Assembly (NCBI GenBank): GCA_052326545.1
Contig: JBKQML010000189.1
Coordinates: forward strand, 1 to 34,029
Length of the DNA: 34,029 nt
Direction of reading: 5' to 3'
From: Dehalococcoidales bacterium
GTDB taxonomy: Bacteria; Chloroflexota; Dehalococcoidia; Dehalococcoidales; Fen-1064
The notes below the pieces were generated by a model. The model searched no databases and was not told the DNA's origin. It was given only the letters and a program-made list of their open reading frames with translations. The position numbers were made by a program, and so were the translations under genes. Below are positions 18,654 to 26,671 of this stretch, one piece after another (the stretch's first letter is position 1; each line of letters begins with the position of its first letter).

Positions 18654-19784
18654 TCATTTCTTATTGCGGTTCTTTTTCCAGGGTATTGAGAATAGTTCGT
18701 TTCTAAAAACGATAATTTGTATCGCCATCAGCAACATTATCAAATCAAGCACCAGGCTTTGGTTACTCAATAAAGGTCTGGCTACACCGAAGCAATTACA
18801 AACTTTTATATTGAGTTTAAGGACCAAAGCTGCTATTTTTGCGGCCGCAAAGCTGATAAGCAGTAAACCGGCAATACTCGCGCTTACCCTCAGGACAATA
18901 CCCAAAACCAGGAGAATACCGATAATAATTTCAAGGTAAGGGAGAACATGCCCGTATATTGAGCCTAACGTAACAGGTAATATCTTATATTGGTTGATTT
19001 CATTTATCAAAGCGCCGATGCTGTGTATCTTGGCAAAACCGGCAAAGATGAAAATACCGCCTAAAATAAGACGAAATATGAGAGATGTATAGCTGCTGCG
19101 CAAAGTTCTTAAGAGTGTATTTTTTAACTTTTTCCGATATTTAAACCCTAGCCAGACGATCCCGCCGATTATCGTCAGTATAATTATCGACACGATAATT
19201 ATGCCCAATATCAGCCATGCGGACCATATCCGGGAAAAACCGGCTGTCACTGTCATGTCTGAATTCAGTGTTAACGATGTTTCTGCAGAATTTGGGTTGG
19301 TGACATTCGGAGTCCATCCGTCAAATTTCCACCCTTTGGCCGGAGTGGCTTTAAGATTAATAACGGTTCCAATGGGATAATCATACTGTCCGACTGGGGG
19401 TAAGATATTACCATCGCCATGTTTAGCAATGGTTAGCACAGGAGTTATCAGACTAAAAGTAGCGGTTAGGGCAATATTACAGTTCATGTCGATCGTGACC
19501 TGATTCGCCGTGCTGTTAAATTCCGACCCGCTCCAGGATACAAAACGGTATCCCTGAACCGGAATTGCTTCCAGTGTGACTTGCGCGAGAGAGTCATAGA
19601 CATAGTAGGAAAAGTCGGATTTTACAGGTGTCCCATCTACGGTTACGGTGCCACCGTTACCACTGACAGTCACGGTCAGTGTAAAAGGGGGACTCGCTCA
19701 AGCTGATACCGGTTGAGTATTGACGATTGTTACCGTAAATAGTAGTAACAAGCAAATCAATAACTTGGTGATAATCTTTTTCAA
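18654..19784 (-). CDS. Candidate selenoprotein: signal peptide, TGA at codon 29, two InlB B-repeat-like domains, TM helix, MauE/DoxX membrane domain with CxC
   Basis: RBS AGAGG, TTG at 19784, MKKIITKLLICLLLLFTVTIVNTQPVSA-TGA(19698-19700)-ASPPFTLTVTVSG, in frame with ORF 18654-19673. B-repeats (LEAIPVQGYRFVSWSG, LKATPAKGWKFDGW); MauE (RLILGGIFIFAGFAK, LPYLEIIIG, CNCFG). The protein is well supported; the Sec reading is inference. Confidence 0.75.
19661..19681 (-). promoter_or_regulatory. Bacterial SECIS-like hairpin 3' of the in-frame UGA
   Basis: mRNA CACUGAC-CGUGACU-GUCAGUG: 7-bp perfect stem with 16 nt between UGA and stem, 23 nt between UGA and apical loop, and G at loop position 2. Confidence 0.55.
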
Positions 19785-19905
19785 TTTTCTTTTCCTCTAA
19801 CTCTGTTGGTGCTTGCCAACGGTTCAGGAATATGGTTAGGTAGATTATAACACAACAATTATTAAAAATCGGGAATCATCGTTGAGAAAGACATTTTTAG
19901 TTTAG

Positions 19906-19965
19906 GCCAGAACAAAGTACGCCAGAACAAAGTATATTGACAATGAAAGATACATGTGTTATATT
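19906..19965 (+). promoter_or_regulatory. ABC operon promoter preceded by a tandem 14-bp direct repeat
   Basis: GCCAGAACAAAGTA at 19906-19919 and 19921-19934; TTGACA(19937)-N17-TATATT(19960). Confidence 0.6.
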
Positions 19966-20165
19966 CTTCTCAAATTTATGATATTCACTGGTGGAATATT
20001 ATAGTTTAATTAACATTAAGAGTGTACATTCTCTTATTCTTATAATACATTCTGAGGAGGTGCGAGGGTAACAGTAGCCAATAGTTCATCAATAGATTAT
20101 AAAATACCAATTTGGGAAACAAACTATCGCCAAAGGTAAATAATACTCTAAAAGGATGTGAACAA

Positions 20166-21404
20166 GTGAAAAAATCATTAATGGTTATCTTCACCTTTCT
20201 TATAGCACTCGGTCTAATAAGTAGTTCCCTGGCAGGCTGCACAAAATCGACAACAACTACCCAGGCATTACAACAGGCAACCATCACGATTGGCGTGGAC
20301 ACTCCATTAACCGGCGGAGCTGCTCCCTGGGGTTTATCTGAAATGCACGGCGTTACGCTGGCATGCGATGATTTTAATACCGCCGGCGGTCTTACAGTCG
20401 GCGATACCCACTATACTTTCCAGGTTGAAGCTCTGGATGATAAGTATGATACCGCCACAACAACCAATAACATAAATCAGATGATCTATACTGACGGCAT
20501 CAAATTCATGTTTACCTTCCAGACCGAAGGTTCACTGGCCCTTGCCCCGACTTTGACTACACAAAAGATATTGAATTTTACGGTCGTTAATGACGACCGC
20601 ATCATCGCGCAACCGGCAGATGCGTATACTTACAGAACGTATATGGGCTTTTCCGTCCAGGCGAATGATTACATTCAATGGATACAGCAAAATTATCCTA
20701 ACGCCCATAGCCTTGCCGTAATGACAACTAATGACACCAACGGTACCGTGACCGAGGCATATGCCAAGACAGCTGCTGCCGCGGCCGGTCTCACCTACCT
20801 CGCCCCGATTTTTTATGATGACGGCACCACCGATTTCACTCCATTTGTCACCAAAATGTTAGCTGAAAAGCCGGATATTATTTTAACCATCGGCGACCCG
20901 ACCGGTGATGTGGCATTAATCGCCAAGACACTTACCGGTATGGGTTTCACCGGTATCCATGCCACGGGTATCGTCGGAGCTTCTGACCTGTTAGGTGCCG
21001 GTGCCAGCCAGGCTGATATCGAGGGTATGTTAACCCTGAATATGCCTTTAATTCCCGGTGGACAGATATCCGCTGCTGCTTTAGGTTTACCAGCCAGAGA
21101 AGATGCCCGGTGGGGTGCTCATTATTGCTGCACCTGGGACTTCTATAGTGAAGCAACAATCATGCTTGACGCGATGAAACAGGCTGACAGCGTGGACCCA
21201 ACGGTTGTCAAAGCTAAGATTGATCAGCCCGGAGCTCAATTTACATATGCGGCGATAAACAACGGTATTGCCACATTTGGTTCCGCGGCCTCCGATGCCG
21301 TATTTGGTCCGGTAGTAGGTCTTCATCAGGTTACTAATTCCTGGGCAATCGATGTCGTTAAGAATGGCCAGGACACTATCGGCGCCATTATCAATCCGAA
21401 GTAA
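20166..21404 (+). CDS. ABC transporter substrate-binding lipoprotein, HAAT/LivJ-like
   Basis: GTG start after AAGGA; lipobox LAGC; ITIGVDTPLTGGAAPWG, DDKYD, DFTPFVTKMLAEKPD; first gene of a liv-like operon. Confidence 0.9.
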   Translation: MKKSLMVIFTFLIALGLISSSLAGCTKSTTTTQALQQATITIGVDTPLTGGAAPWGLSEMHGVTLACDDFNTAGGLTVGDTHYTFQVEALDDKYDTATTTNNINQMIYTDGIKFMFTFQTEGSLALAPTLTTQKILNFTVVNDDRIIAQPADAYTYRTYMGFSVQANDYIQWIQQNYPNAHSLAVMTTNDTNGTVTEAYAKTAAAAAGLTYLAPIFYDDGTTDFTPFVTKMLAEKPDIILTIGDPTGDVALIAKTLTGMGFTGIHATGIVGASDLLGAGASQADIEGMLTLNMPLIPGGQISAAALGLPAREDARWGAHYCCTWDFYSEATIMLDAMKQADSVDPTVVKAKIDQPGAQFTYAAINNGIATFGSAASDAVFGPVVGLHQVTNSWAIDVVKNGQDTIGAIINPK

Positions 21405-21451
21405 TGTTGTATTTAAAAATGCGGCACATCATCATCGTTTAAGTTAAATGT

Positions 21452-21484
21452 CAGGTAGTGAGGCTGATAAAGCCTCACTACCTG
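21452..21484 (+). terminator. 14-bp perfect hairpin after the SBP gene (terminator or mRNA stabiliser)
   Basis: CAGGTAGTGAGGCT-gataa-AGCCTCACTACCTG followed by CTTGTT. Confidence 0.75.
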
Positions 21485-21668
21485 CTTGTTAAAATTTTAA
21501 ATTTCCTCAGCCTAACTATGCAGCATCGAAAGATTGCTGGAATTAATGTGAGCTGTTTTCGTGCTGCTATTTGCAAGCAATGGCACTATTTAGCATTCAT
21601 GATATTCTTGTAATAAAAACCCTGTAAACCGAAAAAACATAGTTTTTAGAATGGAGTAAAAATAGGTC

Positions 21669-22523
21669 ATGGCTCAGATACTTCAGGTAATCGTTAACGC
21701 GATTTCTTTGAGTCTTATTTATATCTTGTTCGCCACTGGATTAACCCTGATCATGGGAATCTTTGATGTTTGTAATTTCGCCTACGGCGAGTTCGTTATG
21801 GCCGCGGGCTTTGTTACATATTTCGTGGTTGTCAAATGGGGATTGCCCTATATTATCGCGCCTTTCGCGGCAATGGTGGTCGTCAGTCTGCTAGGCATAA
21901 TATTCGAGAAAGGGATTTTTTACCCGATGCGCAACCGCGGCGGACTGGAACCTGCGCTGGCCACTTTCGGTTCAAGCAGTATTCTCACAACCGCCGCATT
22001 AGTTCTTTTCGGCGGCATGCCTCACGGTGTCCCGGCAATAATTACAGGACAATTCAAAATAGGTTCGGCGTCTGTTCCTAACAACAACCTCCCAGTTATT
22101 TTCGGCGGTCTGTTAATGATAGCGTTACTTTTCTTGTTTGTTCAAAAAACCAAACTTGGACTGGCAATAAGAGCACTGCAGCAGGACCAGGACGCGGCCG
22201 CTCTACAGGGAATAAACATCGCCAGCACCCGTATCGTGATCTGGGTAGTGGCCAGTTGTCTGGCAGCCGCCGCGGGAGTTTTGCTATCATCCACCTATTA
22301 CGTAACCCCCACGATGGGAAGCGGGTATTTACTCAAAGGTTTTGCGGTAGTAATCATAGGCGGACTGGGCAGCATACCCGGTGCGCTGATTGGCGGTTTT
22401 GTTCTGGGATTCGTTGATTCATTCGGTCAGACCTACCTCGGGTCATACAGTTACATGTTTGCCTTCGCTTTTATTATGCTGATACTGATAGTCAGACCGC
22501 AGGGTTTAATGGGGAAACGATGA
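21669..22523 (+). CDS. livH: Branched-chain amino acid-type ABC permease (LivH-like)
   Basis: ATGLTLIMG..NFAYGEF, TKLGLAIRA, AAALQGIN, IIGGLGSIPGA, RPQGLMG. Confidence 0.9.
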   Translation: MAQILQVIVNAISLSLIYILFATGLTLIMGIFDVCNFAYGEFVMAAGFVTYFVVVKWGLPYIIAPFAAMVVVSLLGIIFEKGIFYPMRNRGGLEPALATFGSSSILTTAALVLFGGMPHGVPAIITGQFKIGSASVPNNNLPVIFGGLLMIALLFLFVQKTKLGLAIRALQQDQDAAALQGINIASTRIVIWVVASCLAAAAGVLLSSTYYVTPTMGSGYLLKGFAVVIIGGLGSIPGALIGGFVLGFVDSFGQTYLGSYSYMFAFAFIMLILIVRPQGLMGKR

Positions 22524-23542
22524 AGAAATCACCAAAATGGCTGACTTATCTTCCTATTCTGATAATAATATTTATATTCGTAATCCCGTTATTAATACCT
22601 TCACCACGGTATATTAATCTTTTTATTCAACTGTTCCTCGGCATCGTCCTGGCGATGGGCGTTTATTCCGTATGGTCGGTTGGTTTTATCAATGCCGCCC
22701 AACCAATCTTTTATGGTCTGGGGGCTTATGTTGTAACGCTGTTGATGATACGCTCGCATTTTCCATATTGGCTGGCATTTCTGGGGGCGGGAGTCATTCC
22801 GGGCCTGGTGGCATTACTGTTTGGCTTTGTTGGCTTGAAGATGAAAGGCGCGTACTTTTTATTTCTGACCATCGCGTTAAATGGATTTCTCTCATGGCTG
22901 CTGGTCAGCTGGAAAAGTCTGTTCGGCGGAGAACTGGGTATTTTCCCTGTCCCGCACCCTGAAATCCGTTTGTTCGGTTTAGATATTAATTTTGTGTCGT
23001 CGCGGACACCGTATTATTATCTGGCGCTGATATTAGCCGTCTTCACGTGCCTGGTTTATTTTAAACTTTACGGCTCGCGGCTTGGCCGCGTTTGGGAGTG
23101 TATCGGTAAAACCGAGGACCTGCTGTCTAACACGGGAATATCGGTATTTACCCAGAAACAAATCGCTTTTTCACTCTCCTGTTTCTTTGCCGGATTAGCG
23201 GGCGCAATCTGGGCGCCTTATATCACCATTGTAACCCCGTCAGAATTTACGCTGTGGCAGGGAATAACGATTGTCCTGGGAGTGCTGGTAGGCGGCATTT
23301 ACAGCCCGCTCGGCGCCATTATCGGCACTGTTTTTATGGCAGTTTTGAACCTTTTATTTACTTATCTTCCCAGAGCCACAATTCAATACCAACCGATGAT
23401 CCTGGGCCTGATTCTTGTCCTTGTTTTATTATTTATGCCGACCGGTATCCTGGGGTTATACGGAAGAATTAAAACCGGTATCAAGGAATTAACCGGTAAA
23501 AAAACCGTTCCCGTTGAGATTAATAAGACAACTTTAACGTAG
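22520..23542 (+). CDS. livM: Branched-chain amino acid-type ABC permease (LivM-like)
   Basis: FYGLGAY, GAYFLFLT, SRLGR, AGLAGA, PTGILG; ATGA overlap with the upstream gene. Confidence 0.9.
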   Translation: MKKSPKWLTYLPILIIIFIFVIPLLIPSPRYINLFIQLFLGIVLAMGVYSVWSVGFINAAQPIFYGLGAYVVTLLMIRSHFPYWLAFLGAGVIPGLVALLFGFVGLKMKGAYFLFLTIALNGFLSWLLVSWKSLFGGELGIFPVPHPEIRLFGLDINFVSSRTPYYYLALILAVFTCLVYFKLYGSRLGRVWECIGKTEDLLSNTGISVFTQKQIAFSLSCFFAGLAGAIWAPYITIVTPSEFTLWQGITIVLGVLVGGIYSPLGAIIGTVFMAVLNLLFTYLPRATIQYQPMILGLILVLVLLFMPTGILGLYGRIKTGIKELTGKKTVPVEINKTTLT

Positions 23543-23572
23543 TTATATTCGTAGGGAGTACGGAGAGTTGTA

Positions 23573-24337
23573 ATGGCTTTACTCGAAACTCAAAAATTAA
23601 CGAAAACATTTATCGGCCTTAAGGCAGTGACGAATCTGGATCTGTCTGTGAATAAGGGGCAACTATTAGGATTGATTGGTCCTAACGGTGCCGGAAAAAC
23701 AACTGCATTCAACCTGATTTCGGGCGCCCTGCCAGTGACGAGCGGCAAAATAATTTATAAAGGCCGGGACATTACCGGTTTCAAACCCCATATTGTAGCC
23801 CGTATGGGGATTATCCGTACCTTTCAATTAGCCTCGGTCTTCCCGGATTTATCTGTTCTGGACAACATCCGCGTAGCGTTACATTATAAATCCGGGGTGG
23901 GTTTTGTACAAACGCTATTTGAAACACCCGCGATGGAACGTAAAGAAAATGGCACAGTACGGGAAAAAGCGATGAAGCTACTGAACATCGCCGGTTTAAC
24001 CGACCTGGCAGATACGAGGGCGGGAAACTTACCGGGCGGCACCCAAAAGTTGATGAGTATCATTATCGCCCTGGCCGGAGACCCGGAATTACTACTGCTG
24101 GATGAACCGATGAGTGGTCTGAATGCTGAGGAAATACAAATTCTAATCCGATTGGTAAAGACCATCAGGGATGAACGGGGTACTGGTATTATTATGGTTG
24201 AACACAATATGAAAGTGGTAATGGAACACTGTGAATATGTCGTGGTGATAAATTTCGGCGAAAAAATTGCCGAGGGGACACCTGCCCAGATCGCTAACGA
24301 TAAACGGGTCATTGAAGCTTATTTAGGGAGCGAGTAG
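23573..24337 (+). CDS. livG: ABC ATPase (LivG-like)
   Basis: Walker A GPNGAGKTT, GIIRTFQ, LLLLDEP, VEHNM, VIEAYLG. Confidence 0.93.
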   Translation: MALLETQKLTKTFIGLKAVTNLDLSVNKGQLLGLIGPNGAGKTTAFNLISGALPVTSGKIIYKGRDITGFKPHIVARMGIIRTFQLASVFPDLSVLDNIRVALHYKSGVGFVQTLFETPAMERKENGTVREKAMKLLNIAGLTDLADTRAGNLPGGTQKLMSIIIALAGDPELLLLDEPMSGLNAEEIQILIRLVKTIRDERGTGIIMVEHNMKVVMEHCEYVVVINFGEKIAEGTPAQIANDKRVIEAYLGSE

Positions 24338-25047
24338 TGTTACTTAATGTCAAAGACCTTAAAGTACCCTACAATAAAGTAGAAGCTGTCAAGGGTGTGT
24401 CCTTCTTTGTGGATGAGGGCACTCTGGTGAGTATTATCGGGGCCAATGGCGCCGGCAAGACTACCATCCTGAAGACATTATCCGGTTTGCTTAGAGCAAG
24501 TTCCGGAGAAATATCATTCAATGGAAAAAGAATAGACAAAACTCCTGCGGACAAAATCGTAAAAATGGGCATCGCACAGGTCCCGGCAGGCAGAAAGCTT
24601 TTTCCCCAATTATCAGTATTGGAAAATCTTCATGCCGGAGCATACACAATCCGCAAACGAAATGAAGTCGATTCATTGCTTGAGGATGTGTATAAACATT
24701 TTCCGAGGTTGAAGGAGAGACTGAACCAACGTGCCGGTAGTTTGAGCGGCGGTGAACAGCAGATGTTAGCCATTGGACGGGCTCTGATGTGTAAACCTAG
24801 ACTTCTGGTGATGGACGAACCTTCGCTTGGACTCTCTCCGATAATGGTTCAAGAAATCAGCAATATTATCAAAACGATGAAAGAAGCAGGAAAAACTATC
24901 CTGCTGGTGGAGCAGAATGCTAACCTGGCGTTAAAACTGGCTGATCGCACCTACGTTTTGGAACTTGGTAAAGTGGTTCTGGAAGGGAAATCAGCCGATA
25001 TTATGAATAACCCGATAGTCAAGAAAGCCTACCTCGGCGCCACGTAA
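24337..25047 (+). CDS. livF: ABC ATPase (LivF-like)
   Basis: GANGAGKTT, LSGGEQQMLAIGRAL, MDEPSLGL, LVEQNA. Confidence 0.93.
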   Translation: MLLNVKDLKVPYNKVEAVKGVSFFVDEGTLVSIIGANGAGKTTILKTLSGLLRASSGEISFNGKRIDKTPADKIVKMGIAQVPAGRKLFPQLSVLENLHAGAYTIRKRNEVDSLLEDVYKHFPRLKERLNQRAGSLSGGEQQMLAIGRALMCKPRLLVMDEPSLGLSPIMVQEISNIIKTMKEAGKTILLVEQNANLALKLADRTYVLELGKVVLEGKSADIMNNPIVKKAYLGAT

Positions 25048-25109
25048 TTTGCCCAGAAAGGACAATCTGTTATTCTTTCCGGATAAATTCTTTTTACCTG
25101 GCACTATAC

Positions 25110-25904
25110 TCAATTATGCCCGTCAGTATTCAAGAAGTTAAGTATCGCCTCAGCAAATTGTTGAGGCATGGCGCGGTCAAGATAAATCGGTCCGTTTTCA
25201 ATAATCGCCAGTTTACTGTCAGGAATTGATCTCATGACTTTTTCTGCCCCTGAGAAGAACGGGTCGAAGGTTGCCGTGAGCACCAAAGTCGGGCAGGTGA
25301 TCAGCGGTAGCCTGTGTTTCAGGTCATAGGCCGTGGCTGTTGAGTGTTCTTCTTCCCCTCTTGGCCCGGCTTTAATGTATTCAAGCACTCTTTCCTCCAG
25401 TATCTCCGGAGAATAGTCTCCCCATAGTGCAGACCGCCGCCACCATTCGATCAGGTGAGAGCCGTCTGCTTTAATTTCTACCCGGCTCATGAAGTTTGGC
25501 GGGTCCTTAAAAGCAATCCCCTCGCCCGGTTCCGGCCGATATCCCAAACCGGACAAAACCAGCTTGTTAACACGTTTCGGCCAGGTTATTTGAGTTTCCG
25601 CCGCAACGATAGAACCGAGATGGTGACCGACGATATTTGCTTTTTTAATCCCTAAAGCATCCATAAAACTGATCACGGTACGGGCATGGTCTGGAATCTG
25701 ATATGCGTAAGGGGCCGGGTCGGAATCTCCTGCGCCCAGGAAATCCATGGCAATCGCTTGATATTTCCTGGAGAGAAAATGCATTGCTCTTAAGAATTCG
25801 TCGGAAGAAGCCACCGCCATATGCAGCAATAAAATAGGCAACCCATCTCCCTCAATACGGTAGTGAATCTGACCCTCCGGAATATCCGCATAAGCTCTTT
25901 TCAT
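25110..25904 (-). CDS. Alpha/beta-hydrolase-fold protein with non-canonical active site, paralog 2
   Basis: RBS GGAGAG plus ATG at 25904 (MKRAYADIPEGQ, matching 17140); elbow GHHLG; IENGPIY at the expected His position. Confidence 0.88.
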   Translation of the reverse strand: MKRAYADIPEGQIHYRIEGDGLPILLLHMAVASSDEFLRAMHFLSRKYQAIAMDFLGAGDSDPAPYAYQIPDHARTVISFMDALGIKKANIVGHHLGSIVAAETQITWPKRVNKLVLSGLGYRPEPGEGIAFKDPPNFMSRVEIKADGSHLIEWWRRSALWGDYSPEILEERVLEYIKAGPRGEEEHSTATAYDLKHRLPLITCPTLVLTATFDPFFSGAEKVMRSIPDSKLAIIENGPIYLDRAMPQQFAEAILNFLNTDGHN

Positions 25905-25963
25905 TGTTCTCTCCAATTTTTTAGTGCGTCTCAAACAATAAAGTGCCTGGTATTATGGATTGA

Positions 25964-26000
25964 AAATGATTATAGCCTTCCCTGGTTAACTTATCAATAC
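25964..26000 (-). promoter_or_regulatory. Promoter of the second alpha/beta-hydrolase gene
   Basis: Minus strand GTATTGATAAGTTAACCAGGGAAGGCTATAATCATTT (TTGATA-N17-TATAAT), resembling 16048-16085. Confidence 0.65.
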
Positions 26001-26142
26001 ATCTTAAAGGCTGGAGAACGTTGCTGCTGCTAATTTTTTTAAGTTTAGTACATGTTTGTCAAAAAGATGTTATAATTTTGTCACTATTTCCGGCATTATT
26101 TTATATTTATTCGATATCCCGGCCGGTATAATGGTGAGGAAA

Positions 26143-26607
26143 ATGATAAAGAAAATTTTAGTTCCACTGGATGGTTCAAAACTGGCCGAGTGCGTTCTTC
26201 CGATAGTGGAAGAATTGGCGGCGAAGTTGAGTGCTGAAGCGGTTTTTATCAGTATCACAAATCGGATACAGGGTTACTGGCCGCTGGAAGATGCGAGTCA
26301 GCCGGATGAAGTCAGACTGGTGCCTCAAGGGACCTGTACGATGGAAGAACAGGCAGCTCAATATCTGGAAAAAACAGTTAAAGGTCTCGAGGGGAAAGGG
26401 TTTAAAATAACAAAAGAAGTTATCTGTGGAAAGCCGGCTCAAGAGATAGTTTTCTATGCGAATGATAACCACTGTGATTTGATTATTATCTCAAGCCATG
26501 GGCGGAGCGGTTTAACAAAATTTACACACGGCAATGTCACGGGAAAGATACTCAAACTGGCGAGTGTTCCAGTGATGGTGGTCAGACCTGTTAGCCAGGT
26601 GAAATAA
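26143..26607 (+). CDS. Universal stress protein (UspA family)
   Basis: MIKKILVPLDGS, GKPAQEI, DLIIISSHGRSG, GNVTGKIL...PVMVV; RBS GAGGA. Confidence 0.93.
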   Translation: MIKKILVPLDGSKLAECVLPIVEELAAKLSAEAVFISITNRIQGYWPLEDASQPDEVRLVPQGTCTMEEQAAQYLEKTVKGLEGKGFKITKEVICGKPAQEIVFYANDNHCDLIIISSHGRSGLTKFTHGNVTGKILKLASVPVMVVRPVSQVK

Positions 26608-26671
26608 AATAAGCCAAACCCATTAAATTTCTTAGAACATTGGCCCGGTGACCGATAACAATCCAGCTGAT

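Noticed and set aside
19910-19934. GAAC-N3-GTA(C/T) as a LexA box
   Set aside because: Spacing and sequence do not match GAAC-N4-GTTC.
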